A stretch of 64,000 nt of DNA, from the NCBI GenBank assembly GCA_963771355.1, contig CAVYTA010000006.1, positions 480,001 to 544,000 on the forward strand, given 5' to 3'. The DNA comes from an uncultured Candidatus Rokubacteria bacterium. Its GTDB lineage: Bacteria; Methylomirabilota; Methylomirabilia; Rokubacteriales; CSP1-6. Each line of letters opens with the position of its first letter. Position 1 is the first letter of the stretch. The translations under genes and the position numbers were made by a program. Below are positions 62,137 through 64,000 of the stretch, piece by piece. The notes beneath the pieces were generated by a model. It had not been told where the DNA came from. It saw nothing but the letters and a program-made list of their open reading frames with translations, and searched no databases.

Positions 62137-63518
62137 TTACATGCTGTCCCTGGCCGCTGCGCGATTCGCTTTGGGGTGCAGGACGTCGATCGCCCAGCCC
62201 AGGTCCAGGCGCTCTCCGAGCCAGTCGGGGTGGGCCGTGCGCGCGTCGATGCGAAGACCCTCGGCGTCGTGACGCGCCCGGAGCGTCTCCTCGGAATCTC
62301 CGAGTCCCACCGCGGGCGGCGGCACCTCAGGGAGCGGGCGGCCGTCGGGTCGCCGGAACTGGAGCGTCCCGTCGGGCCCGCGCGCGACCTGGATAGCCCT
62401 CCTCGTGCACCGCGCGGTGATGCCGGCGACATAGCAGCGCGAGATTCGAGAGCTTCGTCGGGCCGCCCTGCGCCCAGTGGTGGAGATGATGCGCCTCGGC
62501 GACCCGAACGCCGCACCCGGGAAAGCGACAGCCCCGGTCCCGATGCTGGAGCGCGCGGCGTGAGAGCCGGGCGGAATGGTCCGGGTCCGCGCGCCGATCG
62601 CCACGACATGCCCTCTCTTCCCATGGCGCATCACTGTGCGGCTCGCGTCACACGTGAGTCGTCGCGACGTTTCCGCGGAAACGTGGGCGCCGTCCTCCAG
62701 CAGCGACTGTCCCGGCTGATCCGGGTCGGCCAGCACCGCGGCGTCGACATGGACCACCACCTGATACCGCTCGCCCGGGGCGCCCGGATCGAGGGCGTGG
62801 TGCAGCGCGGACTCCGCCACCAGCGCCAGCGCATCCGCCTGCTGCTGGGCTACCGTCGGAGGCTTCTCCACCGGCTCTGCCGCCTCCGCTGGCTCCGATG
62901 TTGCCGGCGTGCGGTTCCCGCTGCGTTCTGATAGAGCACCTCGCGCCCCGCCTCCAGTGCACGCCGCAGGAGCGCCCCCGCCTCCGGGGTGAGCCGGCCC
63001 CGCACCACCACCATGCCGTCCTCGTCCTCGTAGACCTGGAGTCCCGCGGCCTTCGTGCTGCCGGGCGGCCTTCCGCGCCTCGGCCCGACGATCCACTTGC
63101 CGCCAGCCGCTGCACGATGCGCTCGACATGCGCGGCCGTGCCCGCCCGCCCGACGGCGAGCAGACCGAGCTTCGGTCTCCGGCGTGGCGACGCGAGTGAG
63201 CGCACGGACCTTGGAATAGGACAGCTCCCCGCGGGCCAGGGCCTCGGCGAGCCGCGGCAGCGTCCCGAGGGCGCGCGCGACGCGGACCCGCTCGCGCGCC
63301 GCGCCCTTGTCGAGCCCCACCCGCCAGCCGAGCCACTCGGCGCAGGAGGGGAAGCCCGTGTTCCACCCGCCCCGCGCGTCGAACTCGCGGATCAGGGCCA
63401 GCAGCCGCGCGGTGGCGGCGTCGAGGTGCGCGGACAGCTCCGCGATCTCGTCGCCGAGCCGCTCCAGCTCGGCGGTGGGTGGGGGCGTGGCCAGCACGGC
63501 GGACGTCTGAGATCCCAT
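62137..63518 (-). pseudogene. DUF222 + HNH endonuclease gene with many frameshifts
   Basis: LERLGDEIAELSAHL..SYSKVRA N-terminus; YQVVVHVD, VSAETSRRL.CDAS; fragments of RDRGCRFPGC..HH..HW..GG.T.LSNL.LLC..HH spread across frames. Confidence 0.8.
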
Positions 63519-63841
63519 GGCGAGTCCTCCCTCTCGGCTGGGCCGACTCTACACCCTGGTTTTCGCGACTCCGGAACGCGTGCGGAGCGAGCGATCGGGC
63601 GGCGTCGAATGATTTTCGATCGCGCGCTGTCCGACCGCGCGCCGGTGGGCCAAGGCGGGCGGCTGGGCCACGATTTACCGAGGGCGGTCTGCGCATGAGC
63701 GATGCGCCCGGCCGAAGCTGTCAAGCGGAAAAGTGCGAGATGCTCCCTCGCGACCACGCCGCCGAGTTGGAGTAGAGTATGGCGCGCGGCCCTGTGGCCC
63801 AGGTCCGACGCCGTCGTTCACACCCACGCGGAGGAGCGGTC

Positions 63842-64000
63842 ATGCCCAGCGTACGGTCCCTGATCACGATCGTGACGTCACTCCTGCTCGTCGCCGCGCT
63901 CGCGGTGCCGGCGGTCGCGCAGGCGCCGGCGGCCAAGACGCAGTGGAAGATGCAGAGCAGCTGGCCCGCGGCGGACTTTCACCAGGTCAATCCCAAGGGC
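63842..64000 (+). CDS. TRAP DctP-type solute-binding protein, N-terminus (runs off window end)
   Basis: RBS GGAGGAG; signal peptide MPSVRSLITIV..AVAQA then WKMQSSWP. Confidence 0.75.
   Translation, partial: MPSVRSLITIVTSLLLVAALAVPAVAQAPAAKTQWKMQSSWPAADFHQVNPKG

Overview
High-GC bacterial chromosomal segment, densely coding (about 52 CDS). I recognised no rRNA, tRNA or CRISPR array. Gene content (several DZR-class III cyclase-STAND ATPase-TPR proteins, many solute-binding proteins, a DUF222-HNH gene) resembles Rokubacteria/Methylomirabilota, but that placement is only an inference. Main contents: a six-gene Ehr (hydrogenase-4-like, Ni-ligand-less) membrane complex, MscL and MscS, a stand-alone AceE-like E1, glycogen-debranching and GH63 glycosidases, SthA, two MoxR-DUF58 modules, a Dpp-type ABC/CoA-ligase/enolase-superfamily catabolic operon, a CoA-dependent acyl-degradation cluster, an IS1-family remnant with an EamA passenger gene, and a broken HNH gene. 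The strongest hidden signal is two genes that the ORF track splits at an in-frame TGA: an OsmC-like protein and a secreted TlpA/DipZ-like redoxin. In each, the TGA sits at the catalytic Cys position and is followed by a 6-bp hairpin starting at +20 with a G at +27, so they are likely selenoproteins sharing one SECIS geometry. Several genes carry single-base frameshifts that look like long-read errors.
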